This document shows, piece after piece, positions 63,974 through 64,000 of a stretch of DNA of 64,000 bases. A model generated the notes under the pieces. That model saw only the letters and a program-made list of their open reading frames with translations, made no database searches and was not told where the DNA came from. The stretch is from the human T2T-CHM13v2.0 reference genome, Homo sapiens. The position numbers and the translations under genes are program-made. The first letter of the stretch is position 1; each line of letters begins with the position of its first letter. The DNA lies in NCBI RefSeq assembly GCF_009914755.1, contig NC_060930.1; one strand, 5' to 3'.

Positions 63974-64000
63974 CTGGAAGAAGAGAGAGAATGGTGTGGG

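Overview
Human chromosome 6p21.33, MHC class III region. In order: the 3' half of intronless HSPA1B (+); the 5'TOP-type snoRNA host gene SNHG32/C6orf48 (+) carrying SNORD48 and SNORD52; about 19 kb of Alu-dense intergenic DNA with a nested old ERV1 LTR / LTR12C solo LTR / full-length SVA; then NEU1 (-, 6 exons, 415 aa), SLC44A4 (-, 21 exons, 710 aa) and exons 6-28 of EHMT2/G9a (-), packed head-to-tail. Exon boundaries were read by hand and the lengths sum to intact reading frames. Most short ORFs in the supplied track are Alu/SVA artefacts. Most notable observations: (1) a third complete box C/D snoRNA-like element in SNHG32 (8528-8600) that looks like a diverged SNORD52 paralogue with a new D-guide, for which I know no HGNC symbol; (2) a minor-spliceosome (U12) intron of SLC44A4 with non-canonical GT-GG ends and an in-frame U2-type GT-AG alternative; (3) three L1-machinery insertions within about 35 bp of one ancestral site; (4) a perfect 178-bp duplication in the SVA VNTR; (5) a 52-bp Alu fragment apparently copied from a neighbouring Alu. 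Gene, repeat-family and rs names are from recognition or memory, not from database searches.
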